Below, piece by piece: positions 26,779-40,446 of a stretch of 64,000 nt of DNA. The stretch's first letter is position 1. Each line of letters starts with the position of its first letter. The notes below the pieces were generated by a model. That model was not told the origin of the DNA. It searched no databases and worked only from the letters and a program-made list of their open reading frames with translations. Where the stretch lies: positions 89,156,001 through 89,220,000 of the forward strand of contig OZ024746.1 of NCBI GenBank assembly GCA_964016885.1. The letters are read 5' to 3'. Both the position numbers and the translations under genes were made by a program. This stretch comes from Eledone cirrhosa (lineage: Eukaryota).

Positions 26779-27236
26779 ATGTAAAGAATGTCAGAACGAC
26801 AACAGTCACTATATGGTAGAATGCAATTTATTACAAATTGTTTCGTGTATTATGCCATATTCAGATGAAGCATGTTTAATACCATCTTGACCTTATCTGC
26901 TGGGTGAAATACCCGAATAAGTGGTTATTACTGTCATTTTCATGTATACTGTAATAATGCAAACGTCGCTATTCCAATTTCTTATCATTACCAGAATGCA
27001 AGATATTTGAACTGGACATTGAGTTTCATTGAATGATATTTAAATGCATACACTACGCTATTAGGCCGCACTTGGTAATAGGATTTTCTCGAACTGTGAT
27101 GTATTTTGCTGCAACTATTACCATAGCATGAAGTATCACGATGTGGAATGTTCTATTTTTAAATTAGTCTATTTGAGATAATATTGTTACCGATAAAAGT
27201 GTTAAATAAATACATTTTATATCATGCCAAATATGG

Positions 27237-27446
27237 TTTCTGATTTAGGCACGAAACCAACAATTTGGAGTGAGGGGAAAGTCGATTATATCGTGATTTA
27301 TTGGAACATTATTTTATTGACCCTTTAAGGATGAAAGGCAAAGCTCACCTCGACAGGATTTGAAGTCAGGTCGTAAATAGGTGTAACCCTCTGCCATAAA
27401 GCATCTTGTTCGACGCTCTACCGATATTGTCAATCCACCGCCCTTG
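27237..27446 (-). mobile_element. tRNA-derived SINE (long subtype, diverged) with 15 bp TSD
   Basis: TSD tcatgccaaatatgg at 27222-27236 and 27447-27461. Confidence 0.9.
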
Positions 27447-28056
27447 TCATGCCAAATATGGATAGAAATAGATCTTTTGTGCGTATACTAAGTCAACCGA
27501 TTTTCACAAGGCAGATCTGGAGGGCCGTACTGTGCCTATGACCTTCATTGGTGCTGCTAGACCAGAGGTATCGGTGTTTATGACAGCCGATTTAACACTC
27601 TATGCCACGTTTATTGAAAACCTCAATCTTTACCCACGGATTAGTAAATTATAGATTATTCCTTAGCTTACTGGCTTCAGGTTTGTTTCTGATGACGAGA
27701 TATTTCATAAATATATAGAACTCATCAATTCTATGCCTAAAATATGTGGCGCACATAATACAATTTATGAGTTGTTTATTGGATTTCTATTTGTATTCAT
27801 TTTGTTATATTTGCGTTTTAAATCTCTCAATTTAATTCCATTCTACACCACATTTCTGACCGTATGCTAAAGTACTGCATCATTAGTTTTCTTATTTGTT
27901 TCCCCTCTTTCATTAATGCTAGGTGATCATCATGGTTATATGTTTACACACACACACACACACAAACAAACACACACATATATATATATACATAGTCACA
28001 TTATATATATATATATATCATCACTCTTAAACGCCCACTTTTCCACGACCTCTCCC

Positions 28057-28103
<47 letters not shown>

Positions 28104-29153
28104 CATGATCAATATCATCTTTCTATCGTCATCGTTTCCTCATCCTCCTATTCCACCTCCCCCCTCATCATCATCATGACAATCAGCTTCATCTTTATCA
28201 ATAGTCCTTGCAAAATAAAGTAAGATATGATGACGTGTAGAGAATATAGAACAATATATTTCACAGAAGACAGTCGGTCTATTTTGTTGAGATATTGTAA
28301 TCTCATTGTTCATATATTTACATACAGCATAATAAATATTACAGAGAATGTCTGAAAGAAAAATGGAAAAAAGAAAAAAGAGAGAGAAATATGGAAGAAG
28401 AGAACAAGAGAGAAAGAGGCAGGGGACATATATAAAGGGAAAAAGAATCAGAGAAAATATGGGAGAGGGAGAGAGATTGCGCAACACACGTGGGGAGTTC
28501 ATATGTAGACATACTACATTTATAAGACAAGATTGCAAACCGAAGAGAGATATGAATGTGAGGATCGGGGGGGGGGGGAGAAGAGGGGGAAGAAGGAGAT
28601 GAGCGAATAAAGAGTATCAGAGAATTTGACATGAGGAAGAGATAGATAAGATGGATAGATAGATAGATAGATAGATAAGCGTCAGGAAAATGGAGGAGAA
28701 ATATAAGTTGGAAAATTTGAATTGAAAATGAGATATAACACTAAAGAATAACAGAAATCGAGAGATAGAATGATAGTGAAATATAAAGAAAGTGCTCATG
28801 TAATACATTGAACAAGAAGTTGTACTGATACTATTGCGATCGATAAACAAAGTAGAAGTCCAGTACTGGGGTCAAATCTTCCTATATATCTCTTTCTCAT
28901 TCTTCGATTCTCTGGAAGAAATTTCTTAGGGTGAGCTTCGCCAGGTTTACATGCCGAAGACACACCCTATGTTACATTGGCACACCTACGATTTAATCAA
29001 AAGTTAAAAACTCAAAATTGGATATATAAACTTACAAGGAAAGTTGCATCAAGCCAATTTACCTAGTGAGTCAATAACCAACACTTTTAGGCGTCTCTCT
29101 TTGTATATATCTGAGAAATCAGATATATACGAAGAGAATGAGAAAGGGTTGTT

Positions 29154-29231
29154 CTGTGAGAAAGCATTATGAACTGCTGTGAGAAAGCATTATGAGTGAG
29201 AACAGGTTTTCCTGTGAGAAAGCATTATGAA
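29154..29231. repeat. Three copies of ctgtgagaaagcattatga
   Basis: Directly visible. Confidence 0.9.
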
Positions 29232-29249
29232 CTGCAACAAAAGTGCGAT

Positions 29250-29452
29250 GTATTGGCAGAATTATTAAAGCGCCTGACAAAATGCGTTATGGTATTCATT
29301 TACGGTGTCATATATTCTGTGTTCAAATCCTAACAAGTTCAACTCTGATGTTTATCATCCCGAGGTCGACAAAACCCAATAACTTACTGGGTTTGATATA
29401 ATCAACGTTCCTCTCATCCCAAACGTCTAACATTGTGCCTAAATTAGAAAAT
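29250..29452 (+). mobile_element. Highly diverged tRNA-derived SINE
   Basis: ttggcagaatt..gttcaaatcc..catcccgaggtcgac..ttgtgcctaaattagaaa. Confidence 0.7.
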
Positions 29453-29876
29453 ACTAATAATTACAACAAACGTATCTGGACGAAAAATGCATGAATGTCG
29501 TTTGATACACAACATAACATATATTAGAAAGTCTTAGATAAATTTGCTGTAGGCATCAATACAAATTTGTGAGAATAGCAAGAAAGATGCTTGAAAATTA
29601 GAAACAAACATATATACAACGTGAGGCATAGAGGAAGAGAGAGCGAGAAAGAAAGAGAGCGAGAGTGAGAAAAAGTAAGAGAGAGATAAAGAGGGAGAAA
29701 GATAGAAAGAGTAAGAGTAAAACAGGATAAAAATTGAGAGATAGTACAGGTGTGTTAGGGTGGGAGGAGGGAGGAAAGGGGAGAGAAAATCTGTGTAAGA
29801 CTGATTTTGGAGGCGGGGGGTGAGAGAAGATGAGGATTTACATGTAATAGAGAGAGAAGATGATGATTTACATGTA

Positions 29877-29931
<55 letters not shown>

Positions 29932-30446
29932 GATAAAAAAGAGAAAGAAAGAGAATAAGAGTGTGATGATGGGAAAATGAAGGGAAATTAGAAATTAAGT
30001 AGCGAGAGAGAGAGAAGGCGAGTATAGGGAGTGGCTGTGTGTGGGAGTGTCTATTTGTAAATTAGTAAGGATGGGTTTGTAGGCTAAAGAAAGTCGAACA
30101 TAGAAATAGAAATTGCCAACATTTCTGAATTTTGTTTTTAGTCACACGATTATAACGATATAGATACTGTTGTCATCAACCATTACGTCATCGGAGAGAT
30201 ACTACATACACTTTCAGTATAAATAATTCAAGAACATATAGTTGTAAACAGACACACACATATACATATATATATATATATAGATAGATAAATATACACG
30301 GGTGTGTATGATTGTGTATAGAAGATTATATTAATAAGAGGAATTCCAACTTTGTCTGATTTACTCGTTTTATTTACAATCCTTTAAAATTTATAATGGT
30401 ATTATAATGAAATAGTATGATAGAATATTAAATTCTAAGTGTTAAT

Positions 30447-30485
30447 TGAACAAGTACTTTCATGCTTTCGCAATCTTCAGGTTCA
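30447..30485 (-). ncRNA. Minimal hammerhead ribozyme (left-arm copy)
   Basis: Exact reverse complement of 30572-30610. Confidence 0.8.
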
Positions 30486-30571
30486 TAATGTGTGGTGACA
30501 GTCAAGTTTGCAATTTACAACTGTCTTTTATCACAGTTGAAAATTGCAAACTTGACTGTCACCACATATTA

Positions 30572-30610
30572 TGAACCTGAAGATTGCGAAAGCATGAAAG
30601 TACTTGTTCA
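30572..30610 (+). ncRNA. Minimal hammerhead ribozyme (right-arm copy)
   Basis: tgaac-CTGAAGA-t-tgc-gaaa-gca-t-GAAA-gtac-TT-gttca: 5 bp stem I, GNRA-capped stem II, palindromic aagtactt stem III. Confidence 0.8.
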
Positions 30611-30678
30611 ATTAACACTTAGAATTTAATATTCTATCATACTATTTCATTATAATACCATTTCATTATAATACCATT

Positions 30679-30753
30679 ATCCTTACGGGGTCGATAAAAT
30701 AAAGTACCAGTAATGTACTGGTAATTGCTGGCCTTGTGCCTAAAGTAGAAACA
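30679..30753 (+). mobile_element. 5'-truncated SINE inserted in the palindrome arm, 16 bp TSD
   Basis: TSD attataatacc(a/g)ttat at 30665-30680 and 30754-30769. Confidence 0.92.
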
Positions 30754-30824
30754 ATTATAATACCGTTATAAACTTTAAATTGTAAATAAAACGAGTAAAT
30801 CAGACAAAGTTGGAATTCCTCTTA

Positions 30825-30885
<61 letters not shown>

Positions 30886-30889
30886 GTGT

Positions 30890-31275
<386 letters not shown>

Positions 31276-31428
31276 ATATATATATGTAAAAGATACAGGA
31301 ACGAAAACCAACCCAAACCAAACAGTGAGTGTGTTCTGTTATTATTTCTGTATATATATTATTTCTGTGTATATATATATATATATACAATATTAAATAA
31401 ATGGAAACTATATTTATAAAACCATATC

Positions 31429-31494
31429 TATTTCATTATATATATTTCAGGGATATCATATTAACAATATGCTATGCCTTCCTCAGACAAAATA
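31429..31494 (-). ncRNA. Minimal hammerhead ribozyme in the 3' pLTR
   Basis: Reverse complement of 34724-34789. Confidence 0.85.
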
Positions 31495-32890
31495 CAATAT
31501 AAACAGTTTTATAGATAAATAGATTCGACATACCGTAACAACATCGACTTGTATTTGAAAAGGTTGATTTGGCAGTGAAAAAATTGTACACAGAGAGAAA
31601 GAAAGAGAGAAAAAAAGGAAAGAAAGACAGAAAACGAAGAAAAAGAAGAAAAAGAAGAAATGCATGGAACAAAATAGAGAGATGGAAAGATAGATAAAGA
31701 GAAGAACTTCATGTAAAGAAACAGAAAGAGATATATATATATATAGAGAGAGAGGAAATAGAGATAGATACATATATATAGAAAACTAGGTAGTGGGACG
31801 TCTGTTGAGTAAACGTATCAATGATACATTTATTTATTTATTTATTTATTTAGCTCTAGTATTAATGTAAGGGAGATATATGGAGAGAAACCAGCTGTTA
31901 TATATATAGAGAAAAAATATAGAGAGAGGAAAAATATAGAGAGAGAAAAAATTAAAAAATAACCAGATATAGGCGAGGCGTAAAAAACCCTATGTTTTAA
32001 TGTAGAGGTATTAGTATTTATAAAAACCAGCCACTATATTGTAAATATCAGTATTCCTGAATGAGACATGTATCCATAATGTGTGAAAATTAATGAACTT
32101 ATGTTTAGTTTTAAAAAAAAAATTCATATGTTTAAGTGATAACTACAAACATCTATGTGAATCTACATGATCAACTCTGCAAACCCTAAGTTCACGGAAA
32201 ACATTCTCAATGTGGTATAAAAATGTAAGTATACATATATGTTTATATATATACACACAAATATATATAGAGTCAATATTATTATTCCTGTCTTTACTCT
32301 ACAAGATTATCTATCAAGCAGAAATAGAGAGCAGATTTCAATATACTAATAAAAATATATATCAGAAACAAAACTAAAAAATAACAATAATAATAATAAG
32401 TAATAATAAAATAGAAAACTAAAAAATATTACGAAAGAATATTACATATTAAAAATATTACATATTAAAAATTTACATATTAAAAATATTAAAAATAAAA
32501 ATATTAGAAAATACTACAATAATAAAAATAAAAATAAACCACAAAGATCAACCCTTCAAAATTAATTGACAATATATTGCCAAGTTCATTATAAGCATCA
32601 GAGTCGAAAAACAGATAAAGCCAAAAATTATCTATCAAATCGCATCTAGCAAAGATCATTTCAAAAAAGTTTAGGATGCCCAATTTGGTCTACATGTGTT
32701 CTTATATTTAATATAGAAGTTTATCTAGTGTAACGTTTATTCGAAATATTTGGAGCATCAACTTTTAGGGTAGCTTAATTTTTCATGAAGAATGTTTAAA
32801 TAAAAATAAATAAAAATAAAAAGAATAAAAAGAAGGAATCAAAGATTTATCGGCTAGTTTCCCATATAATTATAAATCAAACTAAATATA

Positions 32891-34250
32891 CTACATTTTA
32901 AATTTAAATTTATATTTAAACGTTGAGTTTAATCTATGTTTGCAACAACTGAATAAATTTGTCCGTAGATTAAGGGAATTTTTAGATTTTAGTATAAAGA
33001 ATATCTCCTCTGCGCAGAGGTCACATGTCTCAGAGGATGAATTAAAAGGAATCCCTCTTGAGACTATATTCCAAGCCGTCGAATATCTAACGTTATCTAG
33101 CTTAAGTTGCCAGAGTACGCCTGATAGTGCCGTTGAAGATTTTTTGCTTGGATCTGTGAAAGAATTCTTGTGGTTATTATAGCGAAGTTTAAATTCCGTC
33201 GATGTGGAACCGACGTAGTTAAAAGAATTAGAGTCAGTATTAACATTACAATTGTATACTATATTTTTAACTAAGCAGTTGTTATTTAACGGACATTTAG
33301 ATCTATCTCTACAGTTACATTTGTTAACTTGTATATTATTTATGCTATTATCACTAGGTTTTAAGTTCCTATTATTTATTCTATTAATATTTTGTGCTAA
33401 ATTTTTGGTGGATGAGTAGGTCAATTTTATTGTATGTCTATTGAAAATTGAGTGATACCTATGTGTTCTAGGGAAGCGATTATCAAGAGCTTTAAAAAAT
33501 AGTTTAGCGATGTGGGTTTTAATGTTTAGTGAGAAAGGGGGGGGGGGCAAACCAAATTATGTTCCTAGTTCTATTTCTTTTTTGGCCTTTGGAATTATTG
33601 TAATGCTTTCTATTATAGTTGTTAAGGTTGTTGCCGTAATTAAAAAAGTTGTTACTTTGTTTAGTTTGTCTATCATTATCTATGTACACAATCTTATCAG
33701 CATATCCTGCTCTAGCTAATGCTTCATTGTAGTATTGGGCTTTTTCGTCGAAAATCTTTCTATTCGACGAGATCCTAGAGATACGTTTTTGAACAGAGTT
33801 TACTATAGTGTTTTTGACAGATCTGGGGTGGTTAGAGTTAAAGTTGACATAGTTTAAGTTTTCATTCAACTTGTGAAAAGGATAGTGAAGACATGTGTTG
33901 AGATTTAATGTTATATCTAGGAAATTGACTATTCTATGGTTGTTCTCAATTTCTATTTTAAGATTAAAGTAATTAAAAAATTGTGTAATTTGTTTACATT
34001 TTCTATTTAGTTCAGAGTTATTATTATCAATAAGTAAAAGCATGTCATCTCTATATAAACCTCCGGTAGTACCAGGTATTTTCCTATGTAGCGAATTGAT
34101 TAAAAATAAGCCCACAAGGTCAGTTACCTGAGCTGAGTCGGATGATCCCATAGTAATGTCAAAATTGCTATCTCTATCTGCTCTGGTCCATAGTTGGTCA
34201 TTAAATTCTATCAAAGGTTTCCTAGCCGATAATATAATATGCATTTCATA
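32891..34250 (-). pseudogene. Penelope RT (C-terminal half) + GIY-YIG endonuclease, one frameshift in a G/C run at ~33540
   Basis: FDITMGSSDSAQVTDLVGL, GLYRDD, VNFLDITLNL, YVNFNSNHP, IIWF.PPFS, CNCR..CPL..CL..NIVY, YVGSTSTEFKLRYNNH, CDLCAEE, CKHR. Confidence 0.93.
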
Positions 34251-34723
34251 TTTTTAAATTTTTATTTATTTTATTTATTTTTAAATTTTTTCTCTCTCTA
34301 TATTTTTTCTCTCTCTATATAACAGCTGGTTTCTCTCCATATATCTCCCTTACATTAATACTAGAGCTAAATAAATAAATAAATAAATAAATGTATCATT
34401 GATACGTTTACTCAACAGACGTCCCACTACCTAGTTTTTTATATATATGTATCTATCTCTATTTCCTCTCTCTCTCTATATATATATCTCTTTCTGTTTC
34501 TTTACATGAAGTTCTTCTCTTTATCTATCTTTCCATCTCTCTATTTTGTTCCATGCATTTCTTCTTTTTCTTCTTTTTCTTCGTTTTCTGTCTTTCTTTC
34601 CTTTTTTTCTCTCTTTCTTTCTCTCTGTGTACAATTTTTTCACTGCCAAATCAACCTTTTCAAATACAAGTCGATGTTGTTACGGTATGTCGAATCTATT
34701 TATCTATAAAACTGTTTATATTG

Positions 34724-34789
34724 TATTTTGTCTGAGGAAGGCATAGCATATTGTTAATATGATATCCCTGAAATATATATAATGAAATA
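34724..34789 (+). ncRNA. Minimal hammerhead ribozyme in the inverted pLTR
   Basis: Stem I tattttgt/atgaaata (two GU), CTGAGGA, stem II agg..catat/atatg..cct, GAAA, palindromic tatata, UH = TA. Confidence 0.85.
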
Positions 34790-34993
34790 GATATGGTTTT
34801 ATAAATATAGTTTCCATTTATTTAATATTGTAAATATACTCCAAATATTGTCGAGTGCTTTTATATCAGTTATAAATATTTACTAGTTGTAACCCAACAA
34901 TTTAAATATAACTTTCCATGTATATATATATATATATATATATGGAGGAGGTTACAGTTCACTTGAAGCATTGTGTAATGAGGTATAAACGTT

Positions 34994-35059
<66 letters not shown>

Positions 35060-35063
<4 letters not shown>

Positions 35064-35852
35064 CAGAAATAATAACAGAACACACTCACTGTTTGGTTTG
35101 GGTTGGTTTTCGCTTCTGTATCTTTTATATCTCCATAGTTAATATTTCTGAAATCAATGTTTATCATTGATTGACGACTTCATTTATACCATAAACGTGG
35201 TTTTGTCATTGCGTGTATTTGTTCTCAACGGTCCATATAACGACGTTTTATGTTCGCTTTTTTCCGTTCATTGCCAGGGACGTCTCCACGAACCAAAGTA
35301 TCGTCTTCCTGTTTTCCCTCGGTTGCAACGTTTTTCGAAATATTTACTTCTGCGTTCACAAATTGATTTTTTTAGTTTCAGAAGATCCTGTTAAGCATGA
35401 AAGCAGCGATTCTTTGCTTAAACTTGAATCTGTTATTTTAATATATATAAGACCTTCTTCCTGCTATATCAAGCGTTAACCTAATATATAACTTCCATAT
35501 ACTGTACCGATTGTTTTTTTTATTTCTGTTTACCTTTTATATATATATATATATATATATTGAAACTTAACTTAGTGTTAGAAATTGAAATATTTACTTC
35601 TGCGTTCACAGATTGATTTTTTAGTTTCAGAAGATCCTGTTAAGCGTGAAAGCAGGGATTCCTTGCTTAAACTTTTTAATCTGTTATTTCAATATATATA
35701 AGACCCTCTTCCTGCTATATCATATCAAGCGTTAACCTAATATATACCTTCCATATATTGTACCGATTGTGTTGTTATTTCTGTTTACCGTTTACATATA
35801 CATATATATATATATATATATATATTGAAACTTAACTTAGTGTTAGAAATTT
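35060..35852. repeat. Copy of the 6870-7140 family with a ~255 bp tandem duplication (35338-35586 and 35588-35852)
   Basis: gaaatatttacttctgcgttcaca...ttgaaacttaacttagtgttagaaatt occurs twice; 35063-35130 is also inverted at 31285-31350. Confidence 0.88.
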
Positions 35853-35853
35853 G

Positions 35854-35942
<89 letters not shown>

Positions 35943-35984
35943 GCACACATATATATATATATACACGCACACATATATATTTAA

Positions 35985-36345
35985 TATAAGTTTCCGGTTT
36001 GTTGGTTGGTTCGATAATCCGAGGTTGTTTATATATTGTCAAAGATCTATCGTCACACATTCTGTGATCTCTACAAAAACAAGATGGTGTAGGTCAGAAC
36101 AAAGGAGGGACAAAAAATAAAAACGTAGTCACTGAAGAGGTCAGAGAACGTGTGACGAAAGAGCTTTGATATTATATAAACAACGTTGGTTATCGAACCA
36201 ACCAATCGGAAACTTATAATAAATTCAAGTGAAAACCAACAGGTGCGTGTGTTTTTATTGGCCGCATGACCCTCCAAAATTACAATAATATTTGTTTCAA
36301 CACACGTTTTCAGATAAGGAATCTCGCAAAACAAATTCAAAATCG
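35985..36345 (+). mobile_element. Diverged fold-back element between (TA)n tracts, with hammerhead at 36128-36170
   Basis: 35985-36077 pairs with 36132-36218. Motif gtca-CTGAAGA-g-gtca..tgac-GAAA-gagc-TT-tgat. The unpaired tail recurs at 49550-49650. Confidence 0.8.
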
Positions 36346-36348
36346 AAT

Positions 36349-36379
<31 letters not shown>

Positions 36380-36958
36380 ATGTTTACGCCTAAATATAAT
36401 TCTGGAAAATTGAAGCTCTACAAATCATTCTAGCCTATATGGTATTTGAGCTATTTAAGGTGAAATATGAAAGAAATAATGTTATTTTAGTCTATTCTAA
36501 TATTATTGCTACTTCCTTTAATTAATTAAATTAAGGTGTTTATTTGGAGGTATTTGTGTATCTATATCTAGCTTCATTTTTAACCTATGGCTTTTGACGT
36601 CAGACATACTATTTTAAAGCTAAACTCACGTGGAAGTTTATTTAAATTCGTTTTGCAGTCTAGACATATAACAACAGAAGATATTTCTCTTGAATTTTCT
36701 TGTAAAAGTTACAAGGCATGTTTTAAAATATTTACTTACTGATCATTTCTGGTGTCTTAATGTATTGATTAATTACTTTAATATCTATTTCTTTGTCAGA
36801 ATGAAACCGCGATATGAGCACGAATATGTAGGTGAAATTATATTTTTATTTTAATATGTAATTTTTGCTTGTAATGCTTACTTTTAATATAGTTAAATAG
36901 GATTTTGGAAAAATTCAGCTCTAAAAATGATATATATATATATAATAAAGACACACAT

Positions 36959-36989
<31 letters not shown>

Positions 36990-37031
36990 CATATATACAT
37001 ACATATACATACATATACATACATAGGTATG

Positions 37032-37119
<88 letters not shown>

Positions 37120-37459
37120 GTATAACAGATGGGAGAAAAACCACAGACCCTCCATCTCAATTCTACTTTTGAAAAGAAACCGGAAAACGAACCAAATAAA
37201 TATATATATTTTTTAAAAAATTAAGACTCCAGTTGCATTTTCGATTTCATCTTTTTTTCTTTATACTCTCACTCGTGTAGGACACCTCGGTTATTTTTCA
37301 TTTTGTAAAAAAAACCTCACTTTCTAATATATATATATATATATATATACATAACTTTAATAATAACAACAATGTTGCTATTATTGGGTATAAACTTACC
37401 CAGCAGGTTTAAATCTCAATGCAGTCAGGATCATTCAGAGCTGATATATAAAGAATAAT

Positions 37460-37640
37460 TGTTTCTACTTTAGGCACAAGGCCAGCAATTACCCAGTACA
37501 TTACTGTTACTTTATTTTATCGAACCCGTAAGGATGAAAGGCAAAGTTAACCTCGGCGGGATTTGAACTCAGACTGTAAAGGGACGTAACTATGCTAGGA
37601 AGCATGGCGTCCAACCCTCTACCGATACTGCCAATTCATC
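37460..37640 (-). mobile_element. tRNA-derived SINE (short subtype) with 20 bp TSD
   Basis: TSD gctgatatataaagaataat at 37440-37459 and 37641-37660. Confidence 0.95.
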
Positions 37641-37774
37641 GCTGATATATAAAGAATAATAAACACCAAAGAGGTGATATGTTGTCAAATTAACATATGT
37701 TTCAACTGCTCGAGATTTATCCCGAGGATATGAGACTATTTATAGTCTGTTACCCTTGGGATGAATTTATTATT

Positions 37775-37809
<35 letters not shown>

Positions 37810-38035
37810 CACACACATACATACGCCCACAAGTACACGCACACGCACACGCACACACACACACACTCTCTCTTACACACACGCATATTTACAAATTCTC
37901 CAATGTCTCCCTGTGTTTTCTATTACTGCCCCGTGTGCATTGAAAACATAGTCGCAACTTTAATGAACTGGAATTATAAGTATTTCTAGAATATGATTGA
38001 AGCGAAGGGCATATTCGTTTTGTCTCTGATTAGTG

Positions 38036-38100
<65 letters not shown>

Positions 38101-38107
38101 ATATATA

Positions 38108-38180
<73 letters not shown>

Positions 38181-38328
38181 ATAATAATAAATGTGAAGAC
38201 TAAAATCCAAAGAGGGCTCGATAAGGATAAATATATATCAAATATATAAAACCGTAGAGCAAATATTTATTAAAATAACAGATTAAAGTTTAAGCAAAGA
38301 ATCGGTGTTTTCACCCTTAACAGGATTG

Positions 38329-38439
<111 letters not shown>

Positions 38440-38446
38440 CTATAGC

Positions 38447-38536
<90 letters not shown>

Positions 38537-38584
38537 TATAGCTATATATAAAAATGTATATAATGTCGGTAATAATAAATATTG

Positions 38585-38790
38585 CAAGTATGAAAATAGC
38601 TCAATGTAAAATAACAATTATACTACACAGCCGAAATACAATGTAAATGACAATCAAAGTGTGTTTAAATCATTTAATCACTAACGATGATATCATCATA
38701 GTACGAGGCCGATGAAACCGGCCTTGTGGCAGGATGAAACCACCGTAAGTCATTAAATGGTTTAAACACTCTTTGATTGTCATTGACATC

Positions 38791-38794
<4 letters not shown>
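38585..38794. mobile_element. Small fold-back element between (TA)n tracts, with degenerate hammerhead (CCGATGA..GAAA..TA, 38709-38747)
   Basis: 38636-38697 pairs with 38733-38794; family copy at 25211-25345. Confidence 0.75.
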
Positions 38795-38847
<53 letters not shown>

Positions 38848-39006
38848 AGAAAGTACGTCCATAGAATCATTTGATAAAATATTGCTCTGATTGTTGATTA
38901 TTTAATTAATTAATTCGTCATTGAGCGACATCGTGAAAGGTTGCCAAAAACACATATATATATCTATGGCTTTGTCTAGTTTATGTATATGTAAATCTAT
39001 AGATTT

Positions 39007-39112
<106 letters not shown>

Positions 39113-39658
39113 TGTGTGGGTGTGTGTGTGTTTGTATATTAGAGTTCAATATTTAAGCATATCAGATATGCTGATGTATAATAACCAATACTTCAGCCTC
39201 ACCATGATTTTTTAATAAGCTGTGATCATGTCACTTCTATCTCATCTTTTTACCTATGATGCTCTCTGGTGAAGTCATGTTGGTAGATGCGCGAGTAGAG
39301 AAATCTGTATTACGGATGATTATGAATAAAAGGACTTATGAATATCTATATTGGCCATTCGCAGTTATAGTTATTGTAAGTATACTACTAAATATTATTT
39401 GGAAAGACATATACACAACGTCGAATGCTTGAACCTAATTTCATCATATTTTGCATAGACAAACTTGGTTAGTGAAAAACTAATAAAATATATATGTGTT
39501 TATATAATGTATATATATTTATATATATATCTATCTATGCATATCTAAATATGGATATACAGATGTATATGGATTTATATCTATGCCTAAGTATGTATAT
39601 ATGTATATGTGCATCGAGATGATTGTATAATGTTTTTCCTTTAACTGTCTGCTTATAG

Positions 39659-39865
39659 ATTGAAGGCTATGGTGAACATTCGGAAAGATTCCAATTCAGA
39701 CGAATGACAACACTGTCGCCTTATGATAATCCGATTTGTTTGATAATACGGAATGAATTCACCTGTCAAAAGAGTGATATTAAAAGCGATGAAGTGAAGA
39801 ATGTATATGTCACTGGGAAGATGGATGCAGAACGCAGAATGTTTTATGTTAATTTTCTTCCTTGA
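39659..39865 (+). other. Candidate isolated coding exon, unknown product
   Basis: Pyrimidine-rich acceptor (tgtttttcctttaactgtctgcttatag) followed by 68 open non-repetitive codons, IEGYGEHSERFQFRR...CQKSDIKSDEVKNVYVTGK...LP*. Confidence 0.3.
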
Positions 39866-40262
39866 AGTTACCATAAATCAAATATATCTTCGATGTATGA
39901 ACGAAAAAATGTTATTTTTATGGATTCTGTTTATATATACATGTTTATATACGTACGGTAATACATACATACATTCGTATATATGCATGGTGCATATCTA
40001 TATCTTTCTGTCTCTCTCCCTCTCTCTAATACATACTCTTTCTCTCTCTATATATATACATTCACAAACATACATAAATTCACACACACACACGTGTATA
40101 TATGTATTCCAGTTATTTGAACAACATAACAGCCTGATTTCCAAATCAATGTAAGCGTGACTTACAATTGTACAGACACTAGTAATTTTAGCGTAGTTCT
40201 CAAACAGTTTCTATATGAAACAGTTTATCAAACTGGCCCTTTGAATTAGAGATACAAATAAT

Positions 40263-40446
40263 TGTTTCTACATTTGGCACAAGGCCAGCAATTATCCCAG
40301 TGTATTACTGGTACTTTATTTTATCGACCCCGTAAGGATGAAATGCAAAGTTAACCGTGGCGGGATTTGAACTCAGACCATAAAGGGCCGTAACTCTTTG
40401 CTGCAAAGCATGGCATCCGACCCGCTACCGATACTGCCAATCCACC
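40263..40446 (-). mobile_element. tRNA-derived SINE (short subtype) with 13 bp TSD
   Basis: TSD agatacaaataat at 40250-40262 and 40447-40459. Confidence 0.95.

Larger units (their letters stand above)
30327..30832. mobile_element. Palindromic mini-element (~198 bp arms, 8 nt loop) with an identical hammerhead in each arm; right arm interrupted by a SINE
   Basis: 30327-30524 is the reverse complement of 30533-30832 once the SINE insertion and duplications are removed; runs into (TA)n. Confidence 0.92.
31386..34832 (-). mobile_element. 5'-truncated Penelope-like retroelement with inverted pseudo-LTRs (~560 bp arms)
   Basis: 31386-31962 is the near-exact reverse complement of 34275-34832; they enclose RT and GIY-YIG coding sequence on the minus strand. 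Confidence 0.93.

Noticed and set aside
27689-27730. CTGATGA possible hammerhead
   Set aside because: No properly placed GAAA or UH.
31472-31773. Identical short ORFs on opposite strands (also 34506-34746)
   Set aside because: A by-product of the inverted pLTR; low-complexity UTR.
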